Positions 25,851 through 37,214 of a DNA stretch of 64,000 bases are shown piece after piece. A program made the position numbers and the translations under genes. The number at the start of each line of letters is the position of its first letter. Position 1 is the first letter of the stretch. The stretch is from Lama guanicoe (taxonomy: Eukaryota), in the NCBI GenBank assembly GCA_013239625.1, contig MU053594.1:1740127-1804126 (forward strand), written 5' to 3'. Below the pieces are notes generated by a model. It was not told the DNA's origin, made no database searches, and worked only from the letters and a program-made list of their open reading frames with translations.

Positions 25851-27142
25851 AGGCGGAGAGAAACAAGTCTAGCTACAGAGTGGGATACGGTGGATGGAGG
25901 TGTTTTAAGTCTCAAAATGAAAAGAGCCTTATGCTTTTATGATTACAAAAGTAATGTGTTTATTGTAAAAAATTCAGGCAATGAAGGTAAGAAAATGAAG
26001 AAAAATAAAAACATAACAATAACAACAAAATATTCATTGGTATCATTTTGGTGTTTATACATAAAATACTACAGTTAAGCCTCTTTTTTCTGGTTTAATA
26101 CATGGACATCTTTCTGTCTTTCCATGGCAATGAATAATTACTATTATATTAAATTTATGATAATCCATAGTAAGAACATACCAGAATTTATCTGATAAAT
26201 TCTCAAATGATGGACATTTAAGTTGTTTCCAGTTTGTTGTTATTATCAAAATACTCCCGTAAGCCTTCTTCTAGAGACATATTTACACATTTGTGTACTG
26301 TTTTTTTAGGGCAAAATCCAGGAAGGAGAATTGCTGAGTTGTTGGAAGGAAGGATGATGGTAGATCAAAGCTTCATTGAAAGTGCATGCAGAGCACAGAT
26401 GGGGTTAGCCTGAGATGCTGGGAGGGGCACCATTCACACATTTCCCTTAGGACAAGACAGGTAGAGGAAATAACAACTGATGAGACAGTTTAAGTGTGTA
26501 AGTGACCAGCAGGAAATCATTTGCTGAAAGTGAAGGCAGAGGTGACAATGCCGAGACCCCGAGGGGAGTGAAGAGGGTTTGAAATTGCAGCCATGGACTA
26601 TGGAAGACGTGCTGAACTATAAAAGGAAAGTATTGACAATGGATGTGTTTGTTATAGCACTAATTTGCATATTTGTATGCTTGTTTACCAGCAGCACACT
26701 CAGTGGCCAAGTTTAGAGTTTTGTAGTAGAAAGGCAAATGAGTTCGGGATTTAAGATACTGGCCAAAGGGTAGATGAAAGGATGAACCACGAGATCCAGG
26801 CTGCATAGAGAAGGAAGTGAAGATCAGAAGAGCTTAGATAGAAAATGTAAGAGTCAGGAGGACTCAGGAAAGTGGAAGAAACATGTAAGGAAACTACAAG
26901 GATAGGAGACTGGTCAGAAAGTAGGATATTTGAATTGAAGAGTTCAGAAATAGAGTAGTTCTAAGTGATAACAAGATCAGGGTGTGACCTTAGAAGTGGA
27001 TTAAAAAACACTGTGCAGCTTTACCTCAGCTTCCATAACAGAAGGTAGTGATTGTTACTGAAAACTGGAATATATAGTATGCCTATTTGTAAATTTAGAG
27101 GGGGAAAAACTTTTTTTTAATGAAATTTAATGTGCATTGTAG

Positions 27143-27277
27143 AAGGCCTGGAAGCAGATTACTTTGGCAAGCTTGAACCTAAACTCTCAGTCATACGAAA
27201 TTTGAACGACCAAGTTCTCTTCATAAACCAAGGAAATCTACCCGTGTTTGAGGATATGCCTGATTCTGACTGTTCAG
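27143..27277 (+). CDS. IL18: IL18 exon 4 (135 nt) containing the caspase-1 site
   Basis: (E)[44 protein letters not shown]; acceptor cattgtag; donor CAG|GTATTT. Confidence 0.98.
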
Positions 27278-28088
27278 GTATTTTTTTTTAATTATATTTG
27301 TAAATGTGGAAATGGCCAGCAACTTCTTCCAACTCCATTTAACTGCCTATACTTTTCTATAATAGACCTAACCCTTATATGAAAAGCCATAGTAATAATT
27401 TCACTTACAAGAAACTTTATAGAGAATCTATATTTTTTTTAGCTGGGCTGAAAAACTGATACAATAAAGATAGTACAGGGGTCATGCTACTTTGACCCTA
27501 CATTTGGATCACCAATCCCTTGACTATAATTGCATTCACTGTGTAGGAGTGCCATTGCGTTGGATCCTTAATACCTGCTGTTTACAGCTGAAACTGCTGA
27601 TAGCATTTTCAAAAGCCAGAATTAAATATAAATATACAAGCATTTCAGATAGGTCTGCCCTCAGAAATTTAGCGTGTCTTGGAAAATGAGTAAGTTTACT
27701 GTGCCTTCCAAGGGATGAATTCCAAACATGAGAGTTCAGGCAGAGTTGACAGAGTGAATGTACACTGTTGAAAAATCCTGAATTTTTAACCCTTAACAGA
27801 CAGATCTTTAACATTCTATTTAGCATTTAAAAGTTAAAGACAATCTTCTAGAATTCATAAAATCCCTTTAGCACTCAAAAAGTTGCTGCATTTGTTATAA
27901 TACATATTTAAGTGTGTTTTAAAGAATGCATGAACAATTGTACAGTCTTCTGCTAACTGGCTGAATCTCAGTGTGAGATTGGTGATGAGCTTATTAAGGA
28001 TTATCCTTTGGTTAATTTGCATAAATGCCTATTTGCAAAAAAAAAAATTCTTCTAACTAGCGTTCTCATTTATTAATCTTTATTTCAG

Positions 28089-28222
28089 ATAATGCACCTC
28101 AGACTCTGTTTATCATTAATGTGTACAGAGACAGCCTCATTAGAGGTGTGGCAGTAACCATCTCTGTGAGGTGTAGGAAAACTTACACTCTCTCCTGTAA
28201 GGACAAAATTGTTTCCTTTAAG
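28089..28222 (+). CDS. IL18: IL18 exon 5 (134 nt)
   Basis: (D)[44 protein letters not shown]; acceptor tatttcag; donor AAG|GTAAGG. Confidence 0.98.
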
Positions 28223-29479
28223 GTAAGGCTGAACTTTAATTTGTTTTAGTAATATTTATGTGCAAAGTTAGAAAACCCAGATATACCAGTACAACTTTTT
28301 GCCTAAAACAAGAATAGCAAGATGTAGATTAAAATGGATACTTACTAAAAATTGTCATACTCTTTTTAACTTACTGTAGTAACATTGTTTTTCTGAGCGG
28401 CCATCGGGAGAAAGGGGCACAGCCCCTGTTACATAACCTAGGCCTTCTGAATAATCAAGCTGTAGATAAATAATAACACAGAATACATATATGAATTATC
28501 ATATTTAATAATTGCATGTGACTTTCCAGAATAAGTCCTGCTACACAGAATGAAGCTAATTGTTCTTCCGTAAATCCTCTACTTTGTAAATTATGATGAT
28601 AATATTTTAATCCCTAATTGTTTTGTTCCTGCTTCTTCACCTAAGTCTTGGCTACAACCCTTAGCATTCAGCTAATGTATGTTATTTTTAATGTTAATCT
28701 AGGTGAATTAAATTAATAAAATCAGTTGTAAAAGCAACAGTATAATATATCTCAAAGCCAAGTATAAATTATTTATGGCCATTGCTTTTTCCTCTGTTCT
28801 CCATTTTCTTCTCCATTGCCATTTTTCTCTATTTTTTTCTACTATTATTGGATTAAAAAATCATTAACTATCATTATGGGTTGACCCAGAAAACTTCCCT
28901 CCTAGTGAGAGCAGCCAGGGGATGCTCACAAACAGGCAGTGTTTCGGAGGTGAATCTCGTGTCGTGAAGACTTTCTGAGTGGAGATTTGCCAATAAAGAA
29001 CTGCTGTCAGGATCACTCGGTTCCCACCAAAAATTAGAGTATGACCTTAGTAGATGTGCCAAGGGGCAAATCGGGAGGGAGGAAAAAGCCACTCTAAAGC
29101 ACAAGTAAGATCGGTGTCTGCAACAAATAGAGCCTCCAAACAAGTCTCTTAGCCATCCCCCTCCAACCAGAGTGCCACCCTTTCAGGTGACAATTTGGAG
29201 TCCCTGCTCTCTGACCTGACAGGAGGGAAGCTTAGTAATTGTAATGGCTTTAGAGGCCTGGGGGTGGACAAACAGGGTCGAGAGAATTAAGCATGGTGTC
29301 ACTTGGCAACAAAATCAGAAGGGAAGGAGGAAGGTGACCAAGCTCAAGCCATGTGGGCTAGAGAAAAACTAACTCAGCTGTGGAAGCTGGGGGAAAGCCT
29401 GATCTATAAGTGGATTCCTGCTGAGAGACCAGGGAGAGTGTTAAGAAGATGGAAATGATGCTTGGCATATAGTAGACAT

Positions 29480-29677
29480 TGGGGCAAATCCAGGTTTAGG
29501 GGAGCCTGAAAATTATGCAATTTGGGCAGCCCTTTGAAGGAAATAGACTATATAATTATCAAAAGCATAAAGTTGACAATTTATTTAGAACAAGAAAAGA
29601 AGAGGCCTTAGAAGAGACTTGGGCAAGTGAGGGGATCTTCTAAGCTTCATTAGCTTCACAGTAAGTTTGCTTCTGGT
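29480..29677. mobile_element. MER53-like non-autonomous DNA transposon
   Basis: 'ggggcaaatccaggtttaggggagcctgaaaattatgcaatttggg' and far end 'aagcttcattagcttcacagtaagtttgcttctg'. Confidence 0.55.
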
Positions 29678-31720
29678 AGGAACTCAGTAAGTAGTTGGAA
29701 GGAGGGAAGAAGAGGAAGGGAGGAGAAGAGGGAAGGAGGGAGGGAGGAAGGGGTACGCTAGGACCAGTTTTAGCTTGGGCTTTTTAATCCCTTTTTCTCC
29801 CACTAATATGAATCTTAGCAATGATTATAAATCTAGACTAGGTTCTAGATCATAAGACACAACTAACTGCCATTATGTGCTCACCTTTCTGTGTTGGTTA
29901 CTTTTTATAAAGTCCTGGAGCTTACGGTTACCCCCGTTATTCTTTGGGCAAGAACCTTCATGGTATCAACAGGGATGTGCTTCAAGAGGTGATTGTCATT
30001 GTCTATTCCTTGTATATCCATCCAAGTATGGTCAGGACTCTCTCAAACTTGCTGATGCACTTGGGAGACGACCAAGAGGACAGATGTTAGGCCAAGCTTA
30101 ACTGTCCTTGAGATCAAAATCAGCCCCTCCTGCTGTGAAGAATCCTTTAAATCCTTGCTTGGAGCACTCAGGTTCCACCAGGTAGGACTTTCCAAGTTGG
30201 GGGTTCCCCAAGGTCACCAGATTGTTTCTACGTTCACTTGCTGTGCACCTTCCTTATGACGGCTGTGAATAGTCAACACTAAAGCCAAGGAGAGCTGCTG
30301 CCCCAGGATTTCCTTGCCTCTGTTCTGAAATGTGACACTGAACTGTGATTAGACAGCCTGTTCTACTTATCCACACCTGCCACCTTCAACTCTAAACTTT
30401 CCATGCTAGGTTTGAACTAGCAGGTTCGTCTCCTGCTAATACTTCCAGAGCTTTTGAAGTTTTGACTAAGGATTATTTCCCATTAGACTTCAGCTTAGTC
30501 CCAAAGTGGCTCCCCAGTTTAGAGTCTCTTCCTAAATTCTGCTTTCCTGTAGACAGCTGCAGAAATAGGTGTCAGTGGGAAAACTAGTTTGTACTGTCAT
30601 TATTTCAAGACTGAACATTTGTTGCTAGAGGACAAAGTTCAAGAGTTATGACTGTAAATTCCATAACTGATTGAGAAGTTTAGAAATAACCCCCAGGTTC
30701 TTTCAGGCATCTTAGGAGGACGCTGGAATGCTATTGGGGGTTGGGGCAGTGGTGAGGGGCTCTCTGTCCATCCTTAATTAGGATCGTGAGGATCTTTGCT
30801 ATCAGAGGGTCAAAATTAAGTTCAAAATGTCTCCTGGTTCCAGGATTAACATGGAAAGAACCTGAGGTGATCCTCACATTTTCTAGTCCATCCTGAAAAG
30901 TCGGCGTGATACAATAATTGGCACAGTGCAGGCAGTACTGTCAGTTAGGTGACCAGCAGGATTATAGTCTCAAGTGATCTATTCATTCTTGGGAATACCT
31001 TATTCTGCAGCTAAAATATGTAAGAATCAGCATTTGGCCTTCTAGGGCAGTGCCCAATCAAAAGACAGACTACCTGCAGGGCAGAAATTCAGGACTACTA
31101 TGGAACTAGAGAGCTTGGCAGGGAAGCAACAAAGGGAACTAAGCCAAGACATCAGAGCTATACAGGAACCCAGGACGTGGCCCTAGAACAAGCAGCGAGT
31201 TAGAGCCAGTTTCAGTTCTAGGCTCCACTGAAGGAGGCAGCTGAGAATCTGGCCACTTCCTGCCTTTCTCACAGTTAGTTCTCAAACTGGAGCTACCCTA
31301 GGCCTATGGGTGGAGCCATCAATGTCTTTGGCTATGAATGGTTGGAGAAGACAGGAACTGGTATTAGCCTAAAAAAGTTGTGGTCTTTGCTGGAACTGTA
31401 CTTCATCTTGAGCAGATACGAACTTCACTTAATGGGAGAGGAGAAAAGGAAATCATATGATGGATATATTGGGAAGAACTGGAGGTCTAGATCTGAATAT
31501 GAATTCCATGGTGGGAAAAGCCAGAGTGGGCAGGCAGAATGGGAGACTGGAAATCAAGTTGGAGAGGAGATCAGTATTTCTATACTCAAGGGATTTTTTT
31601 TTCTTAACTCTTGAGAATATAAACTTCTTTAGTTCTGTTCAGTAATATATTTCAAAATAAACTGCACATATTCAAATTGGTCATGTATTTAAAAATTAAG
31701 TAACTTTTTTCTCTCTCTAG

Positions 31721-31942
31721 GAAATGAGCCCTCCTGATAATATTGATGATGAAGGAAATGACATCATATTCTTTCAGAGAAGTGTTCCAGGACATGATGA
31801 TAAGATACAGTTTGAGTCTTCATTTTACAAAGGGTACTTTCTAGCTTGCAAAAAAGAGAATGACTTTTTCAAACTCATTTTGAAAGAAAAAGAGGACTTT
31901 GGAGATAAAGCTATAATGTTTACTGTTCAAGACAAGAACTAG
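31721..31942 (+). CDS. IL18: IL18 exon 6 (222 nt coding)
   Basis: [73 protein letters not shown]; total CDS 582 nt = 193 aa. Confidence 0.98.
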   Translation, partial: EMSPPDNIDDEGNDIIFFQRSVPGHDDKIQFESSFYKGYFLACKKENDFFKLILKEKEDFGDKAIMFTVQDKN

Positions 31943-32026
31943 ATATTAAAATTGCACAGTTTGACCTTTCTGACTTTGTGTCTTTCAGAAAGGTTATAAG
32001 AGTTTGAACCTGTATTATAATGGTGA

Positions 32027-32077
32027 AATAAAATGAATAGTGGTCTCAAGAGGTACCACTAATAAATTGATAATAAA
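32027..32077 (+). terminator. IL18: IL18 polyadenylation signal cluster
   Basis: AATAAA at 32027, 32061 and 32072, 85-135 nt after the stop. Confidence 0.65.
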
Positions 32078-32379
32078 TTTTCACAAAATTGAAATGGTTT
32101 CCCCTTATACATTTGAAAAATGGTGAAAAAAATATTTGTATAATGTAAAAAGAATGCTTGGTTTGAAAATACATTCTACATTGTTAATTGAAACATAGAT
32201 TGTATTCAGTAGAAGTGTTCTGAATATTTTGGATTCTTGGTCCTAATGATGAATAATACTGATATTTGAATTTTCTAGTTTTTAAGAAAATAATTTAAAC
32301 CATAAATATTTTATAAGAAACCACTTCATTTGAGTAATTTCTGCATTTCTTCCAAAGTCAGGATATCTTTAAAAGTCAA

Positions 32380-35300
32380 ATTGATCCTGAATCCAGCAAC
32401 ATAGAAAAAGGATTATACACTCTGATCAAGTACCATTCAATCCAGGAATGCAAAGATGGCTTAATATTCTAAAATCAATTAATACAATACACAATATTAA
32501 TAAAGGGTAAAAACCCACAGCCATCCCAATAAATGCAGAAGAAAGTTTTTACAAAATCCAATTTGTATTAAAAATTCTCAACAAACTTGAAAGAGAACTT
32601 CCTCAATGTGATAAAGGGCATCTATGAAGAACCTAAAGCTAACGCCATGCTTAATGATTACCAAAAAAAAAAAAAAAAAAGAATTTCAGTTCTTGCAGCT
32701 TCTATTCAACATCATGCTGGAGGTTCTAGCCAGCACAGTTACAAGAAAAAGAAAGAAAAACCACTCAGATTAGAAAGAAGTAAAACTGTCCTTATTTGCA
32801 GACTGCATGATTCTGTATGTAGAAGATCCTAAGGAATATACACACACGTGTGGACACAAACCCCATTAAAATTAATAAACAAGTTCAGCGAGGTCACAGA
32901 ATACAAGATTAATATATAAAGATAAATTGTATCTCTGTATACACGTATTAATCTTAAAAATAAGAAACCAGTTCCATTTGCAATAGTATTAAAAAGAATA
33001 AAGTACTTACGAATAAATTTAGCAAAAGAAGTGCAAGTTTTGAACAGTGAAAATTTCAAAACATTGCTGAGGAAAATTAAATATGATCTAAATAGATGTA
33101 GAGGCATTTTACATTCACTGATCAGAAGATAATATTTTAAATTTTTTTTATTTTTTAAATTTGTTTTTATATAATTTTTAAAGGTTACTTTCCATTTACA
33201 GTTATTACAAAATATTGGCTATATTCTCCATGTTGTACAATACATCCTCAAGCCTATCTTACACCCAATAGTTTGTGCCTCCCACCCACCGCTCCTGTAT
33301 TGCCCCTCCCCACCCTCCACTGGTAACCACTGGTTTGCTCTCTATATCTGTGAGTCTGCTTCTTTTTTGTTATATTCGCTAGTTTGTGTATTTTTTAGAT
33401 TCCACACATAAGTGATATCATACAGTATTTGTCTTTCTCTGTGGAAGACTCAATATTGTTAAGATGGCAGTTCTCTCCAAATTGATCTACAGAATCAACT
33501 CAAACTCCATCAAGACTCCAGCAGGCTTTTTTGCAGAAGCTGACAAGCCGTGTGTAAAACATATATGGAAATCCAAAAGACCCAGAATAGCCAAAAAAAT
33601 TTTTAAAAGAACAAAGCTGGATAACTTTCATTTTCTAATCTTAAAATTTAATATAAGTGGCAGTTACCAGAACAGTTTGGTACTGACACAAGGATGAACT
33701 TATAGATCAATGGAATAGATCTGAGAGTCCAAAAGTAAACCCTTATATTTATGGCCAGCTAATTTCTGACAAAGGCAGTTTGATAGAAAAGGAAAGTTTT
33801 CAACAACTGGTGCTGGGACAATTGAATATTCATATGCAAAAAAAAAAAGATGAACGTAGACCTTTCCCTCACACTATCTACAAAAATTAATTCAAAATTG
33901 ATCAGAGATATTGGCATAAAAGCTGAAGTTATAAAACTTTTAGAATAAAACAAGAGAAAATGTCAAGATCTTGGACTAGGCAAAGATTTTCTAGACACAA
34001 CCCGAGAAGTTTGATCTATAAAAGAAAACATTTAATAAATTGGATTTAATCAAAGTTCAGAATTTGGGAGTTAAACTGGAGGAAGAGTACAGGGGAGCTC
34101 TCTATAATATCTTTGTAACTTCCTGTGAATTTTTAATTATTTCAAAATTTAAAGGGGAGGGTGTAACTCAGTGGTGAAGCACATGCTTAGTATGCATGAG
34201 GTCCTGGGTTCAAACCCCAGTACCCCTATTAAAAAAAATTATTCCAAAATTTAAAATGAAAAAAAAAAACTTTTCACTCAAGAGATGTCATTAAGAAAAC
34301 AAAAGGACAAAGCACAGAGAAAATATTTGTAAATCACATGTATGTCAAAAAACTCGTATCAGAAATATACAACTCTTGCAGTTCAATAAGAAGACAATCC
34401 AATTTTTTAAATGGGCATAAGATTTGAATAGACATTTCTCCAAAGAAGATGTACAAATAGCTAATAAGCACATAAAAGAATGCTTAACATTATTAGTTAT
34501 TAGGAAATGCACATTAAGACCCCAGTAAGATACCACTTCATACCCACCAGGATGGCCATGATTAAAAAGACAGACAAGAGAGGGGCAAATTACGGTTAAG
34601 GGATTAAGAGATACAAAGTACTATGTATAAAATAGATAAGCAACAAGGATATATTGTATAGCAAAGGGAATTATAGCCATTATCTTATAATAACTTTTAA
34701 TAGAGTATAATCTGTAAAAATACTGAATCACTATGCTGTACACCTGAAATTAATATAATATTGTAAATCAACCATAATTCAATTTAAAAAAAAAAGAGTA
34801 ACAAGTGTTGACAAGGATGTGAATAAACGGGAATTCTCATTCATTACTGTCAGGAATGTGAAGTGGTACAGTCACTTTGGAAAATAATTCTACAGTTTAA
34901 ATATAATTTTTTCATATGACCTAGCAATTCCATTCCTACATGTCTACTCAAGGGAAATAAAGCATGTTCATACAAGGATTCATATGTTTATGTTCATAGC
35001 AGCATTATTCATAACAGCCAAAAAGTGGGAAGAGCCCGGACGTCCATCAACTGGTCGAAGGGATAAACAAAATGTGGCATACTGATAATAAGGTATAAAT
35101 ACTAATGAGAAAGTAAACCACAGATGCATACTATAACATGAGTGAACTTTAAAAACATTATGTTAAATGAAAGAAGGCAAACACGAAAGATTACACATTA
35201 TATGATATTCTGTTTATGTGAAATGCCCAGAGGAGACAAATCTATAAAAACAACAACAAAAATAGATTCACGTTTGCCTAGGGTTGGGGGTGGGAATGAG

Positions 35301-35475
35301 GATTAATTGTAAACAGATATGAAAAATCTCACTGGGGAGAAGAAAGTGTTCTAAAACCGGATGTCATAGTGATGGCACAACTTGGTAAACTTTCTAATAG
35401 AAATCCTTGAATTGTATATGTAAAATTGATGGATTTATGGTATGTAAATTATACTTCAATAAACTCATTCTTAAA
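32380..35475 (+). mobile_element. old LINE-1 (decayed ORF2 plus 3'UTR) with nested younger insertions
   Basis: ORF2-like remnants (FLNVIKGIYEEPKAN; MAVLSKLIYRINSNSIKTPAGFF). Nested: antisense L1 tail ~33140-33443, SINE at 34154, sense L1 tail ~34580-34795. Confidence 0.85.
34154..34237 (+). mobile_element. tRNA-derived SINE (short form)
   Basis: ggggagggtgtaactcagtgg...gggttcaaaccccagtacccc, flanked by aattatt(t/c)caaaatttaaa target-site duplication. Confidence 0.88.
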
Positions 35476-35889
35476 AGACAAAGAAGTCAGTTTGATTGAA
35501 TTTTACATTAACTTTTATTGGGTTTTTTTGTTTGCTTTTGTTTTTGTTTTGCTTACTATAAAATTGACATATTTGTTACAGAAATTTTAGAAAATATGAT
35601 GTAACAAAAGAAGACAACTCAAGGCACCCATCCTTCCATCTTCAGACAGCCATCTTTGACATTTTGGCATAGATCCTTAGTCTTTGTTTCTATTAAAATG
35701 TGAACTGAAAAACCACAAAACTCCTTACCTCTTGCCCAAACAGAATCTGGTATAATTTTACAACAATCTTTCAAAGCTGCAGTTGAAATCTTGAACATGT
35801 AAACGTTATAGCCTGAGCTGAGTCTTGACATAAGGAATGGTTCTGTATAAGGAACGAAGGGGCTCTGACAGGGAGAGTAGAAAGGAGTT

Positions 35890-36340
35890 CTAGCTTGAGT
35901 TCCCCCACTCCGCACCAAAAACAGAGCCTACGACAAGGACTTGTGTGCAGGTAATTTATTATTTGACAGGTGCTCCCAAGGAGCAGGAATGAGAAAGCTA
36001 GGAGGGTGAGAAAAGGAAGGTGCAGAAGCTAGTACAAGATGTGTTATCAAGGTTCTCACTGTGGGTCAGATTTGTCCAGAACTTCCTAAGAAGCATACCA
36101 AATGCTTCCCACAATTATCCTTCTGGAGGAAGGGAAGAAGGGAGGCAGGGGCATTTACCCACCAGCTCCTGACACCCATTAGTTGAAGGTTGCTCCTGGA
36201 GATGTTAACCCCCATACTTCTGAGCAGTGCGTGGCCAGGCATATTTATCTGTAGCAGAAAGTGAAAAGACACTGCACACTAACGGCAATATTGTTAGTAT
36301 GAGCTAGCATGGAGCTGTCCGCTGCAGTTACTGTGGAAAT
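35890..36340 (-). mobile_element. ERVL-class solo LTR (LTR33-like)
   Basis: 'cagagcctacgacaaggacttgtgtgcaggtaatttatt...ctcccaaggagcagg'. Confidence 0.55.
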
Positions 36341-36577
36341 GCGAAGTGGCTGAAGCTATGTGACATCAAACCAGACTGGATCAAGCACCACGGCAACAAG
36401 GTAGAGCTCAAGTAGAAAGAAATCACCAGAAAACTTTTTAAGAACAAAGTAGAATTCCCTTTATCATTGAATTTAAGATGCCATTGATTATAAAATGTCC
36501 CATTATTTTATGTACCACTAAAAAGGAAAAGACACAGTCAACTAAACTATGGCATACCTTCATTTGTAAGGTGCATT

Positions 36578-37212
36578 CTTTTTTTAATTGAAGTATAGTC
36601 AGCTTACAGTGTTGTGTCAATGTCTGGTGTACAGCATAATGTTTCAGTCATACATATATATATACATATATTTCATATATTTGTTTTCATTATAGGTTAC
36701 CGCAAGGTATTGAATATAGTTCCCTATGCTATACAGTATAAACTTGTTGTTTATCTATTTTTTAGATATTAGTTAGTATCTGCAAATCTCGAACTCCCAA
36801 TCTACCCTTTCCCACACGTTTTCCCTGCTGGTAACTAAAAGTTTATTTTCTATGTCTGTGAGTCTGTTTCTGCTTTGTAAGTAAGTTCATTTTTGTCTTT
36901 TTTTTTTAGATTCCACATACAAGTATGGTATTTTTCTTTCTCTTTCTGCTTTACTTCACTTAGAATGACGATCTCCAGGTCGGTCCATGTTGCTGCAAAT
37001 GGCATTATTTTATTCTTTTTTTATGGCTGAGTATATTCCATTGTGTATATATACCACAACTTCTTTATCTAGTCACCTGTCAATGGACATTTAGGTTGTT
37101 TCTGTGACTTGGCTATTGTAAATAGTGTTGCTATGAACATTGTGGTGCGTGTGTCTTTTTGAATTAGAGTTCCCTCTGGATATATGCCCAGGATCAGGAT
37201 CGCTGGATCATA
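36578..37212 (-). mobile_element. younger LINE-1 3' end
   Basis: Poly-T, then 'aattgaagtatagtcagc...ttagattccacatac...ccatgttgctgcaaatggc...gctggatcatat'. Confidence 0.9.
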
Positions 37213-37214
37213 TC

